From IMG/VR virus record IMGVR_UViG_3300044454_000099, positions 1-53,255 of that record: a stretch of 53,255 nt of DNA; one strand, 5' to 3'. Shown one piece after another: positions 8,620 through 16,861 of this stretch (positions are counted from its first letter, which is position 1; the number at the start of each line of letters is the position of its first letter). The notes under the pieces were generated by a model. It was not told the DNA's origin. It worked only from the letters and a program-made list of their open reading frames with translations, and ran no database searches. Origin of the DNA: a virus. Its lineage: Duplodnaviria > Caudoviricetes. The translations under genes were made by a program, and so were the position numbers.

Positions 8620-9227
8620 GGTATCAGCTCCACAGTTTGGGTTACCTGATTGCCGAAACACTCCCATCCGGCCGCTTGCTCGCGCGCGAAAAGCTCAATA
8701 GCGGGCAGATCTCCCATAAGCTCTATGATGCGTTCGCGCACGATATCGGGCTTTCGTGAGTGCCGGCCGATTGGAGCATCTAGGATTTCAGGCTCTAGAG
8801 AGTCAACTAGCTGGCTTACGCTCGCGCTTACGCGCTTCGGTTTCCCTCTAGTAAACAAAAAACAACCTTCGGTGTTTCCTCTTGTCCAACGACCAAGGCC
8901 GAAAAAAGGATCGCCGCTTTTTGCATAGCGCTTCACCCATTGAAAGGCGATCGACTTGTACTGAAAGCCCCACGCGGCGCCCACGTCTAGCATATCTTTG
9001 ATCAGTGGGTAGGTGCCCCACATAAAAAGCACCGCATCTTTTGCGGCCAAACTTGATACCGGCAAGGCGCATAGATCTGGTAAAGGCATTGTTCGATATT
9101 GCTGTTCAGCCGCGCCGTTGCAGTTTCTATCAGAGTAGGCCCAAGGCGGATCAGCATAAATAATCGGAAATCCGCCGAGGGCCGCTACCTCTTGATTTGT
9201 CGCTTTGTGAATCCATGGCATAGCCAT
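8616..9227 (-). CDS. MT-A70-family adenine methyltransferase
   Basis: IIYADPPW, LFMW, AWGFQYK..F.WVK, HSRKP and IELFAR motifs. Confidence 0.9.
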   Translation of the reverse strand: MAMPWIHKATNQEVAALGGFPIIYADPPWAYSDRNCNGAAEQQYRTMPLPDLCALPVSSLAAKDAVLFMWGTYPLIKDMLDVGAAWGFQYKSIAFQWVKRYAKSGDPFFGLGRWTRGNTEGCFLFTRGKPKRVSASVSQLVDSLEPEILDAPIGRHSRKPDIVRERIIELMGDLPAIELFAREQAAGWECFGNQVTQTVELIP

Positions 9228-9241
9228 AGAGTAGCGGCCGG

Positions 9242-10063
9242 CTAAGGCTTTCGCATCCTAGGCGCAATCTTGGTTTGTGTGTCGAGTTTGTCTTTGAAAA
9301 ACTCGACCGAGGCCACACCGGCCTTAGGGCAAAATACGGGCTCACCTTGAATTGCCTTTGCAATGCAGTAGAGGATTTTTTCAGACATTCTCAGGCGACC
9401 GGGTGACCCTTCATTTGCGAACGATAGGATTACATTACGGATGGCCAGCGCCGGATCGCCTTCAGTGCAGCCGACACCCGATATTGCGCGATCGGCTATC
9501 TCTTCTGTTACCTTTGGCGCTACGGTATATGCCAGTGCAAATGTGCCCCTGACATTAGAGGCCGCAAATTTATTTTTACGAAGGCCCGTAACACCCACGG
9601 CCCACTCAATACCGCGCCTAAACTGGTTTAGCGTCGCCATTGTATCGGATGGCGGAATTGCTGTGCGTCTAGTAAGTATTTTTGCAATTGCGGTAGCGGC
9701 CGGGCCCTTATGCTTGCCTTCAGACTCGCCCATAAGCTCAAGGTTTTCGCCTACCGAGCGAGGCTTACCGCCGCAATCGATAGTAAGCATCGCATCAGTT
9801 GGGCAATCACGCATAACTAGAAACCACACGCCTTTGACACCGGATTCGATAACAGCGGTCAAACGATGCTGGCCATTCAACAGAACATTATCAGAACTGA
9901 TCATTATGGCGTTGCCATCGGCTTTCCAACAACCATCGGCCATTGCTTTTGCGTATTGTGTGGCCTTGTGCGCTGAGAGGCGCCGGTTTTTTGTGTTGAG
10001 TGTGAGCAGATCAGCGGCCATTTTGGGGGTTACAAACACACGCTCTACGGTTGGGCTCTTCAT
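9242..10063 (-). CDS. ParB/Srx-like N-terminal domain protein
   Basis: VTPKMAADLL.LN..NRRL...YAKAMADGCW...LLNGQHRLTAV. GAGGT SD favours ATG 10063 as start. Confidence 0.75.
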   Translation of the reverse strand: MKSPTVERVFVTPKMAADLLTLNTKNRRLSAHKATQYAKAMADGCWKADGNAIMISSDNVLLNGQHRLTAVIESGVKGVWFLVMRDCPTDAMLTIDCGGKPRSVGENLELMGESEGKHKGPAATAIAKILTRRTAIPPSDTMATLNQFRRGIEWAVGVTGLRKNKFAASNVRGTFALAYTVAPKVTEEIADRAISGVGCTEGDPALAIRNVILSFANEGSPGRLRMSEKILYCIAKAIQGEPVFCPKAGVASVEFFKDKLDTQTKIAPRMRKP

Positions 10064-10186
10064 TTTTGTTACCTCGCGGTTTGGGTTCACGACTCTAACG
10101 AAGTTAACGGCGCATTCGTTTCTTTTCAATTTTTCGGTTTTACGGCTCAGTCGCCACGTAGCATTCGAGGTATCGATCGGCGGGAT

Positions 10187-10546
10187 TCACGCGCACAAGG
10201 CACCTTCGATAACTTGCGTGGGGGTTTCGCTCGGCTCTACGAACTCCAAAACCGCGGGCGCTGAACGGCGCTTGAGAGTCACGAACGCGGCCTTAGTGAA
10301 GTCTGAAAGCCGATCTAGGCGCACGGCCTTAGCGTCTTCGCTGACTTTGGTAGTGCTCGCATGGTGCAGCACGCCCGCCCAAAAGGAGATCAACGCGGCG
10401 TCATTCTTTACCGAGCCCATGGCGTAAACGTTTACCTGATAGCGCGCGATGCGTTGAGCGATCTTCTCATCGAAGAAGGCCACGAGATCGAGCGCAACGC
10501 CTAGGGAGTTCTTACCGAAGATCATCTTTTCTTGCTCATGCGTCAT
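10187..10546 (-). CDS. Hypothetical protein
   Basis: GAGGT SD; part of a co-oriented block. Confidence 0.6.
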   Translation of the reverse strand: MTHEQEKMIFGKNSLGVALDLVAFFDEKIAQRIARYQVNVYAMGSVKNDAALISFWAGVLHHASTTKVSEDAKAVRLDRLSDFTKAAFVTLKRRSAPAVLEFVEPSETPTQVIEGALCA

Positions 10547-10727
10547 TGCTGGTTACCTCGCGGGCGGTTGAGTAAATCCAAACTAGGGCCTCGCTTCGGG
10601 TATCGAACGATTCGATTAGCGAGGCGATTTCCACGGTACAGACATTAGCGAACTCTCTTACCGTAAAACAATACCCCCTGACCGTGTAGGTTTCGGGGGT
10701 ATATGGTCGGGGTTCGTTAACCTGCAT
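10536..10727 (-). CDS. Hypothetical protein
   Basis: Tiled ORF in a co-oriented block. Confidence 0.55.
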   Translation of the reverse strand: MQVNEPRPYTPETYTVRGYCFTVREFANVCTVEIASLIESFDTRSEALVWIYSTAREVTSNDA

Positions 10728-10732
10728 GGCGC

Positions 10733-10945
10733 CTATTTAACGGCGCCGGGCTCTTTTTTCGACGGCCCGCACGCACTCGCCAAAAGCTCGAAAACCTCAA
10801 GCTGTATGTCTTCGCGGGCGTCTAGGTGCGAGGCTAAGTAAAGGTAGGTTTCGTTCGCCTTTTCGTAGCTTTCAAATGTTTCGACGTTTTCGGTATGGTC
10901 GTAAATGCCGTGGCTCTTCGTGAGGCGCACCCGGTAGACTTTCAT
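10733..10945 (-). CDS. Hypothetical protein
   Basis: ATGA coupling. Confidence 0.55.
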   Translation of the reverse strand: MKVYRVRLTKSHGIYDHTENVETFESYEKANETYLYLASHLDAREDIQLEVFELLASACGPSKKEPGAVK

Positions 10946-11229
10946 TTGGCCCCCAAGGCTTTTTCAAGCGCGGCGCGCGCCATATTGGCTACCTCGATAT
11001 CGTTGGCCGGATTCACAACGCCACGCAATGCGGCGTCAAGGTTCACGTAGCAGGCTTGCAGCGCTTCGAGCAAATCAGGAGCCGCGGCGATCAAGCGGGC
11101 ATCGGCTATGCGGTTGGGCCCTTCGATCTCGGCCGCGAAAGCGCCGTTGAAGGCATCGGTAACGAGCGTGAGGTTAGGGCCGTAGGGCTCAGAGTGCCAA
11201 GGGCCGGGGGTATATTTAGGGGTTTTCAT
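10942..11229 (-). CDS. Conserved phage early protein (TPGPW...ARLIAAAPDLLEAL family)
   Basis: Recognisable widespread phage motif; AAGGA SD. Confidence 0.8.
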   Translation of the reverse strand: MKTPKYTPGPWHSEPYGPNLTLVTDAFNGAFAAEIEGPNRIADARLIAAAPDLLEALQACYVNLDAALRGVVNPANDIEVANMARAALEKALGAK

Positions 11230-11261
11230 TGTGGGTTTTCCTTTTGGGTTGGGGTTTCTAC

Positions 11262-11376
11262 GGCTCAGTTGTGGGGCCCTGTAGTGACGGCAAACCGGCT
11301 AGCGTTGCGGCTCAGATAGAGGCCGTTACCGCCAAAGCAAACTAGCCCACTCGCTACAGGGCCCCACAACTGAGCC
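11262..11376. repeat. 23-bp perfect inverted repeat enclosing a 69-nt structured interior
   Basis: GGCTCAGTTGTGGGGCCCTGTAG (11262-11284) pairs with CTACAGGGCCCCACAACTGAGCC (11354-11376). Confidence 0.9.
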
Positions 11377-11607
11377 CTAAGCAGGCTCCCATTGACCGGC
11401 ATAGAGGCAATGGGCTCCCGCATATTTGGCGAAATCGCCGCGAGTCTTGATCCAGCGTTGTGCGATCACATCACCTTCGTAGGTTGCCGCCACATCGGTC
11501 ATGCCTTCCATTCGGGGGCGAACCTCGATGATTTTCAGCATGATGCCGCCCTTCACGAAGATTATTGCGCCGGGCTTCAGTTCGTTGATGGTCATGCTCG
11601 TTATCAA
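11377..11607 (-). CDS. Hypothetical protein (KOW/SH3-like start)
   Basis: INELKPGAIIFVKGG. Confidence 0.55.
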   Translation of the reverse strand: MITSMTINELKPGAIIFVKGGIMLKIIEVRPRMEGMTDVAATYEGDVIAQRWIKTRGDFAKYAGAHCLYAGQWEPA

Positions 11608-11755
11608 TGCACGGCATATACCGCCCTAGCCGATTTAACGAAAACGGCGATATATGCGCTTTGTCGCCGCGGCACTGTGGATCGTTTCCCCATGCCGAAA
11701 CCGCCTATCGATGTAGGCTCGGGCGATCCGGTAATACTTTTACGGTTTTAGACGT

Positions 11756-11793
11756 GTGGATCTTTTCCACGCTTGGCCGTGGATCTTTTCCAC
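11756..11793. promoter_or_regulatory. Tandem operator-like palindromes GTGGATCTTTTCCAC
   Basis: Exact copies at 11756-11770 and 11779-11793; degenerate copy at 11676-11692. Confidence 0.55.
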
Positions 11794-11851
11794 AAACGAC
11801 AAAGGCCCCAAGCGGGGCCCGATGTGCGTCAAGTTGTCGTAACGGGTGCCG

Positions 11852-12061
11852 TCATAGTAGGCGCTCCACTTCACACACAAACCGAAGCGCCTCGTAAGAT
11901 GAGGCGATCAGTTCTCTACTAACGACACCCGCGATCGTTCGCTCCCGGTAGGTGAGCGAGCCGTTTACGCGCGATGCTAGTAGTAGGTGCGCGCTGATAA
12001 TCGGGCTCCAAAAGATTTGAGATCGCCCGTGCTCGAAATAAACTGTAAGGTAAAGTGGCAT
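11852..12061 (-). CDS. Hypothetical protein
   Basis: TAATG coupling to the upstream gene. Confidence 0.5.
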   Translation of the reverse strand: MPLYLTVYFEHGRSQIFWSPIISAHLLLASRVNGSLTYRERTIAGVVSRELIASSYEALRFVCEVERLL

Positions 12062-12519
12062 TAGTGGGGGGCGCTAGGTGGCGGGTTGACGATATTTTGC
12101 GCGGGCGTTCGGCCGGGTTTTAGAAGGCCCCCCCGAACCTCGGCGGGCGCGGGCGGCAATGGCTTTGAGAAACCCGGCTTGAGGCGCTCGTTTTCCTCTT
12201 GCAGCCGCTTGATCTCGGCCTCGGCAGTGCGGCGATCCCACTTGCGCGCGGGCTCGCGCACGTCATGCACGCCGCGTTTGTACTTGGCGATCTTGCGGCA
12301 ACGGCGCTCGGCTTCTTCGGGCGTGTCGGCCACGGCCTCACCTACATATTCGTTCGCTTCGCGCAACACGCGAAACGCCCGAGCGCGCCACATCGGCTCA
12401 CCTGGCCCGCTGAGATCCTCTACCCTAACGATCGTGGCGGGTGCCATATCGTTTACGTAAACAACCACAACGGCGGCGGTTTCGCTTTCTGCACGGGTAC
12501 GGGTTACTTTGGTTTTCAT
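12061..12519 (-). CDS. Hypothetical protein
   Basis: GAGG SD; first gene after a predicted promoter. Confidence 0.6.
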   Translation of the reverse strand: MKTKVTRTRAESETAAVVVVYVNDMAPATIVRVEDLSGPGEPMWRARAFRVLREANEYVGEAVADTPEEAERRCRKIAKYKRGVHDVREPARKWDRRTAEAEIKRLQEENERLKPGFSKPLPPAPAEVRGGLLKPGRTPAQNIVNPPPSAPH

Positions 12520-12589
12520 ACGGCCTCGCGGTAGAAGCGGGCGGTTTTAAGGCCCGCGGTTCGGTCGGCCGTGATTGGCCGATGCGGCT

Positions 12590-12618
12590 CCTATATGGAA
12601 GCCGCGTGCCAGTTTCAA
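12590..12618 (-). promoter_or_regulatory. Sigma70-like promoter driving the leftward block
   Basis: Minus strand TTGAAA-N17-TATAGG. Confidence 0.5.
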
Positions 12619-12776
12619 GGGCTAGTTTTAAATAAGCGTAAAACTTGCGCCTGAGGCGCTAGCGCTCACTGAACTGATCACTTATCGCCACGCCCAAAAC
12701 TGTCACATTGGAGTGTGCGTGTCTGCCCTGATTTCGGTCAGTAGCGCTTCGGCATAAAGCGTGCCAAGCTTAGGTA

Positions 12777-13415
12777 ATGCCCTTTAAAGCCCTTGCTACT
12801 TTTACCGCCGCGCTTTTGCTGGCGTGCTCTTGCGCGGCGCCTAAACATGTCAGCCAAATCGATTTGCTTTTAGAAACCACAACCCCGGCGATTACCGAGT
12901 GCTCGGGCGTGGTCAAGCTCGGCCCGATTGGCGATCCCGATGCGTTCGTGAGCGCGCTTGACGCCTGCAAAGATCAATCGGTTGTGGTTGAGATCAATTC
13001 GCCGGGCGGTTCGGTCTTCGCCGCGGTAGAGATACAGAAGGCGATCGAGCGCCACCCACATCAGGTTATTTGTGTGGTTGACGGTATGGCGGCAAGCGCC
13101 GCGTTCGTTACGTTGCAGGCATGTTCGGTTCGAGCCATGACACCGCGATCGGTGCTCATGGCGCACCATGCCTCGCTTAGCGGCGCCAGCGGTAAGAGCG
13201 AAGATCTCGAAAACGCGGCGAGCGCCCTTCGAGCCGTGGATCGCGCCATGACCTTGTTTGTCTGTAAGCGCATGGGCATAACGCCTGAGGCTTACGAGGC
13301 GCACGTTTCGGGTAACCGGGAATGGTGGTTAGCGGCCGATGAGGCCGAGAAGATGAACGCGATCGATATGCAGATCGCTTCGGTCGAAGACGCCCGCTTA
13401 CTGCTTAAGCCTTAG
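12777..13415 (+). CDS. ClpP-like serine protease with N-terminal lipoprotein-type signal peptide
   Basis: INSPGGSV, DGMAASAA (Ser), MAHH (His), EWWLAADEA..MNAID motifs; N-terminus MPFKALATFTAALLLAC. Confidence 0.85.
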   Translation: MPFKALATFTAALLLACSCAAPKHVSQIDLLLETTTPAITECSGVVKLGPIGDPDAFVSALDACKDQSVVVEINSPGGSVFAAVEIQKAIERHPHQVICVVDGMAASAAFVTLQACSVRAMTPRSVLMAHHASLSGASGKSEDLENAASALRAVDRAMTLFVCKRMGITPEAYEAHVSGNREWWLAADEAEKMNAIDMQIASVEDARLLLKP

Positions 13416-13692
13416 CCGGCCGTTGCGCCCAATGATAGCCACCGCGCGTAAACTTGGGGGTTGCAGGGGTCGGCCTCTTGAGGCGGTTTTGCGTTTCGCC
13501 CGCCTTAGCCAAATGCCGCTGATTGCGCCGGGGTTCGAGAAATTGGCTCAGAAGATAAGAGACTTTGGCGTAATAGGCGCGCATCGGGAGCGATGCCGAG
13601 CGCTTAAAAACCTCGGCGAGGCAATGCCCGCGTTCGATCCCGTAATGAGCGCGCCAGCGCTCGGCGCACTCTTCTTCGCTTTCACCCCACAT
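13405..13692 (-). CDS. Possible hypothetical protein
   Basis: AAGGTG SD before ATG 13692; fills the gap between ClpP and the head protease. Confidence 0.35.
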   Translation of the reverse strand: MWGESEEECAERWRAHYGIERGHCLAEVFKRSASLPMRAYYAKVSYLLSQFLEPRRNQRHLAKAGETQNRLKRPTPATPKFTRGGYHWAQRPAKA

Positions 13693-13734
13693 AGCTTCAC
13701 CTTGACTGATTAGCATCGGATCATTTCTAACGGC

Positions 13735-13762
13735 TTGCGCCTGTTTTCGCGCATGGTATGGT
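13735..13762 (+). promoter_or_regulatory. Sigma70-like promoter for the head/tail operon
   Basis: TTGCGC-N16-TATGGT with an extended TGn element. Confidence 0.45.
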
Positions 13763-13774
13763 GATTGCAACTGT

Positions 13775-14923
13775 ATGAGTGTAAAGAGATACGACAAGAT
13801 CACGCTTGATCGGTCTAAGGCGATCATGCTTGACAATGGCATGATGAAAGTGCCGGCGCGGATCGCGCGCGTGGGCGTGCAGAAGTATTGCCGCGCTGAC
13901 GGCACGATCGAGAATGTTCTACGCGCGCCCGAAGAAGTTTTCGCGGTCGATTCGATTTCAAGTTTCGATCTCGTGCCGCTCACGAACGATCACCCTTACG
14001 CCGAGGGCGGCGCGGTCACGGCCGAGAATGCCAAGCGGTTGCAAGTGGGCACCGTAGGCAACCCACATCAGGCCGGCCCGTTCGTCGAAGCCATGATGAT
14101 GATTACCGATGCCGCCACCGTTGCCGCGGTCAAATCCGGCAAGGTTGAGCTTTCATGCGGCTACTTCTGCGATCGCCAGCCGATGCGCGGGGTTTACAAA
14201 GACGCCAATGGCGTTAACCACCCTTACGAGTTTGTGCAAAAGAACATTCGCGGCAATCATGTTGCTGTGGTTGATCAGGGTCGCGCGGGCCCTGAAGTGC
14301 GAATTCAATTAGATTCCGATACCGCGTTTGAAATTGATGTGATTCAACCGGGCGATAGCCCTTCAAAGAAAGGTAGTGACTCAATGGAAAAACTTTCCGT
14401 TGACGGGCTTGACTATGAAGTCAGCTCGAATTTCGTTAAGGCGTTTGAGAAGCACGAGAAACTTTCGAGCGAGGCTCTTAGCGCTAAAGACGCTGAGATC
14501 AAATCGCTGAAGGCCGAGCTTGATAAGAAGGCCGCGGTTTGTGACTCGGCTACCGCCGAGGTTGCCAAGCTGAAGGCCGAGCTTGCCGCCGCGCCTGAGA
14601 AGCTGAAGGCCGAGGCTACCGCCCGCGTTGCTCTTGAGGCTTCGGCCGCGAAGCTGGCGCCCGAGTTCAAGTGCGATGGCTTGGATACCATGGCCGTTAA
14701 GCGCGGTGTGCTGAACAAGCTTGGCGATGTGAAGTGCGACGGCAAGAGCGACGAATACGTTAACGCCGCTTTTGATATCGCACTTGTCAACCAAGAGAAG
14801 AAGAACCCCGCTACTGAGGCCGTGGCCGCGGCTGCAAAAGATCAGAAACCCGTGGCCGATGCTTCAAACCTGACGCCCCGACAGAAGGCCGAGCGCGAAT
14901 TTTTCGCGGGCCCTAAACAGTAA
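13775..14923 (+). CDS. Head maturation protease/scaffold (DUF2213-type)
   Basis: ARVGVQ.Y, RAPEEVF, PLTNDHP, ELSCGY and GNHVAVVDQGRAG motifs; coiled-coil C-terminus. Confidence 0.88.
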   Translation: MSVKRYDKITLDRSKAIMLDNGMMKVPARIARVGVQKYCRADGTIENVLRAPEEVFAVDSISSFDLVPLTNDHPYAEGGAVTAENAKRLQVGTVGNPHQAGPFVEAMMMITDAATVAAVKSGKVELSCGYFCDRQPMRGVYKDANGVNHPYEFVQKNIRGNHVAVVDQGRAGPEVRIQLDSDTAFEIDVIQPGDSPSKKGSDSMEKLSVDGLDYEVSSNFVKAFEKHEKLSSEALSAKDAEIKSLKAELDKKAAVCDSATAEVAKLKAELAAAPEKLKAEATARVALEASAAKLAPEFKCDGLDTMAVKRGVLNKLGDVKCDGKSDEYVNAAFDIALVNQEKKNPATEAVAAAAKDQKPVADASNLTPRQKAEREFFAGPKQ

Positions 14924-14943
14924 TTTTTGAAAGGAAATAAACA

Positions 14944-15468
14944 ATGTCCGCACAGCAAACCTCTTACGCGCTCGAACTTGGCACTACCGGCTATGCCGGC
15001 CAGCTTGCCGATACGCGCGATCACGTCAGCGATGCTCGCCGTAACGATCTGGCCGCTTCGGCCGAGGCCGTTTACGGGCGCCTCTACTGCCGATCGACTA
15101 ACGCTGACTTGCTCGGCTTCGGCCTCGCCGATGCCACTCACCAGACCCTTGGCGTGCTCGCGCATTCTATGGATCTTGAGGAAGCCACTACCGGTTTGCT
15201 TAACGGCGAGTTCGGCAACCTTGTTCACAAGGGCCGCGTTTACGTGACCGTGGTTGACTCGGTTACCCCTGACAGCCTCGTGCGCGTGTATGGCGCCGAT
15301 TACTCGGGCTCGGTTAGCGGCGCGGTTGAAGGCACCTTTGGTGCTACTAAGCACGCCTCGTATACCTGTCTTCTGACTAACGCGCGCTATCTTGGTTCGG
15401 CTTCGGCGGGCGAAACCGTGATCCTTGAGATCGATGCACTGCCCACCCTGCTTACGCTCGAAAGCTAA
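14944..15468 (+). CDS. Head decoration/cement protein
   Basis: Between scaffold and capsid; GYAGQLAD and KGRVYV motifs. Confidence 0.7.
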   Translation: MSAQQTSYALELGTTGYAGQLADTRDHVSDARRNDLAASAEAVYGRLYCRSTNADLLGFGLADATHQTLGVLAHSMDLEEATTGLLNGEFGNLVHKGRVYVTVVDSVTPDSLVRVYGADYSGSVSGAVEGTFGATKHASYTCLLTNARYLGSASAGETVILEIDALPTLLTLES

Positions 15469-15497
15469 GCGCTAAAACTTAAAAAGGAAAACACACA

Positions 15498-16445
15498 ATG
15501 GAAATCAAGAGCCCCATTCTCGACTCGACGCAAAGCATTTTCTTTGCTCGTCAGCTCGAAATGATCGAAGGTAAGCTTTACGAAACCAAATACCCTGAGC
15601 TTGAGGCTGAAATGCTCTTGCCAAACCGGGTTCAGGTTCCGGCCGGTGTTGATAAGTACACTTGGCGCATGTTTGACGGTAAGGGCGGTAACGCGGTGCC
15701 GATGGCCGGTCATGAAGACGGCGCCCCGACCGTTGACGTTGATGGCGAAGAGAGTTCAACTTCGCTTCAGTCTTGGGTGGCGGGTTACCGCTATAACGTT
15801 GAGGAAATCGCCGCGGCCTCGTTCGCGGGTATGCCTCTTGAGCAAATGCGAGCCCAGCGCGCTCGCCGAAAGCTCGCCGAGATTCTGAATAACATGGCGC
15901 TTCGCGGCGATGCCGTGACCGGTGTTAAGACTGGCATCAAGGGTTTGTTTAACCTTGCTAACACTCTTACTTACTCGGTTCCTACTACCGGTTCGGGTTC
16001 TACTAAGACTTGGAGCACGAAAAGCGCCGATAACATTCTGATCGACCTTTTCGGTATGGTCGACTCGATCCCGAATAACACCCTTGACCTTGAGGGTGGC
16101 GCGGGCGTGCGCCTCAACTTGGTTATGCCGAAGGCCAACCTTCGACTGATCAGCACCGTGCGCCTTGGCACTTCGGCTCAGGATACGACCGTTCTTGAGT
16201 TCTTCAAGCGCCAGCGCCCGAACGTGAACATCATGGGTGCTAACTACCTGCCCACCGCGGGTAGCGGCTCGGTTTCGCGCACCGTTTGCTACGATCCCAC
16301 TCAGGTTTCGTGGTTGGGTTCGATCCCGTTCGAGCAAATGCCCGTTGAGCAAGAGGGCTTCTCGTTCGTGATCAACTGCCGCGCGCGCGGCGGTGGCGTT
16401 ATCACGCCTTACCCGAAGAGCGTTATCTACGGCGATGGCATGTAA
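15498..16445 (+). CDS. Major capsid protein (DUF2184/encapsulin-like HK97 fold)
   Basis: FFARQLE.IE..LYETKYPEL, GIKGLFN and GGVI..YP motifs; strong SD; synteny. Confidence 0.88.
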   Translation: MEIKSPILDSTQSIFFARQLEMIEGKLYETKYPELEAEMLLPNRVQVPAGVDKYTWRMFDGKGGNAVPMAGHEDGAPTVDVDGEESSTSLQSWVAGYRYNVEEIAAASFAGMPLEQMRAQRARRKLAEILNNMALRGDAVTGVKTGIKGLFNLANTLTYSVPTTGSGSTKTWSTKSADNILIDLFGMVDSIPNNTLDLEGGAGVRLNLVMPKANLRLISTVRLGTSAQDTTVLEFFKRQRPNVNIMGANYLPTAGSGSVSRTVCYDPTQVSWLGSIPFEQMPVEQEGFSFVINCRARGGGVITPYPKSVIYGDGM

Positions 16446-16452
16446 ATAACGG

Positions 16453-16515
16453 CTCGGGGGCCGGGCTCTAACCCCCTCTAGAGCCCGCCCGAGCAAGGGG
16501 CCCCCGTGAGGGGGT
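16453..16515 (+). other. Two GC-rich hairpins after the capsid gene
   Basis: GCTCGGG..CGGGCTCTA/TAGAGCCCG.CCCGAGC, then CCCCC-GTGA-GGGGG (GNRA loop). Confidence 0.6.
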
Positions 16516-16520
16516 TTACC

Positions 16521-16567
16521 GGGCGATCGATGGTTCCTAGGCGCCGTTCGATTCGGCGCGATCGTCT
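16521..16567 (+). ncRNA. tRNA-elbow-like cis RNA element, copy 1
   Basis: Outer stem GGGCGATC/GATCGTCT, 12-nt linker GATGGTTCCTAG, T-arm GCGCCG-TTCGATT-CGGCGC. Confidence 0.55.
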
Positions 16568-16583
16568 TCACAAAGGGGGCTGT

Positions 16584-16859
16584 ATGCAGTATCGAAATGA
16601 TTCAAAAGAGCCGTTGATCCTTGGCGGTTACCATAATGGGCGTTATGCCGAGCCGGTTATTACGGTTTGGCCTGATGAATGCGCCGAGATTTCCGACGAG
16701 CGAATCAAGCTCTATGACGCGGCCGTTACGGGCGCGCTCGTGCCAGCCTCGAAGCCGAAGGCGGTAGCCGCGCCCGCGCTTTCTACGCCCGCGCCCAAGG
16801 TGCCTGATGAGGCCGAGGCCGAGCGCGAACGCCTGTTGAATATTCTTCGCGAAAACTAG
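16584..16859 (+). CDS. Hypothetical virion-module protein
   Basis: AAGGGGG SD before ATG 16584. Confidence 0.6.
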   Translation: MQYRNDSKEPLILGGYHNGRYAEPVITVWPDECAEISDERIKLYDAAVTGALVPASKPKAVAAPALSTPAPKVPDEAEAERERLLNILREN

Positions 16860-16861
16860 CC

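Noticed and set aside
9242-10063. Plasmid-prophage partition system
   Set aside because: No ParA ATPase, and no clear parS array next to the gene.
11286-11350. GGCAAACC as a c-di-GMP-I riboswitch, or the inverted repeat as retron a1/a2
   Set aside because: The GAAA-capped stem and GGGACGCAAAG-type continuation are missing, it is antisense to the flanking genes, and there is no reverse transcriptase.
12652-12750. Imperfect stem AGCGCTCACTGA/TCAGTAGCGCT upstream of the ClpP gene
   Set aside because: Short and bulged with competing pairings; not distinguishable from chance without covariation data.
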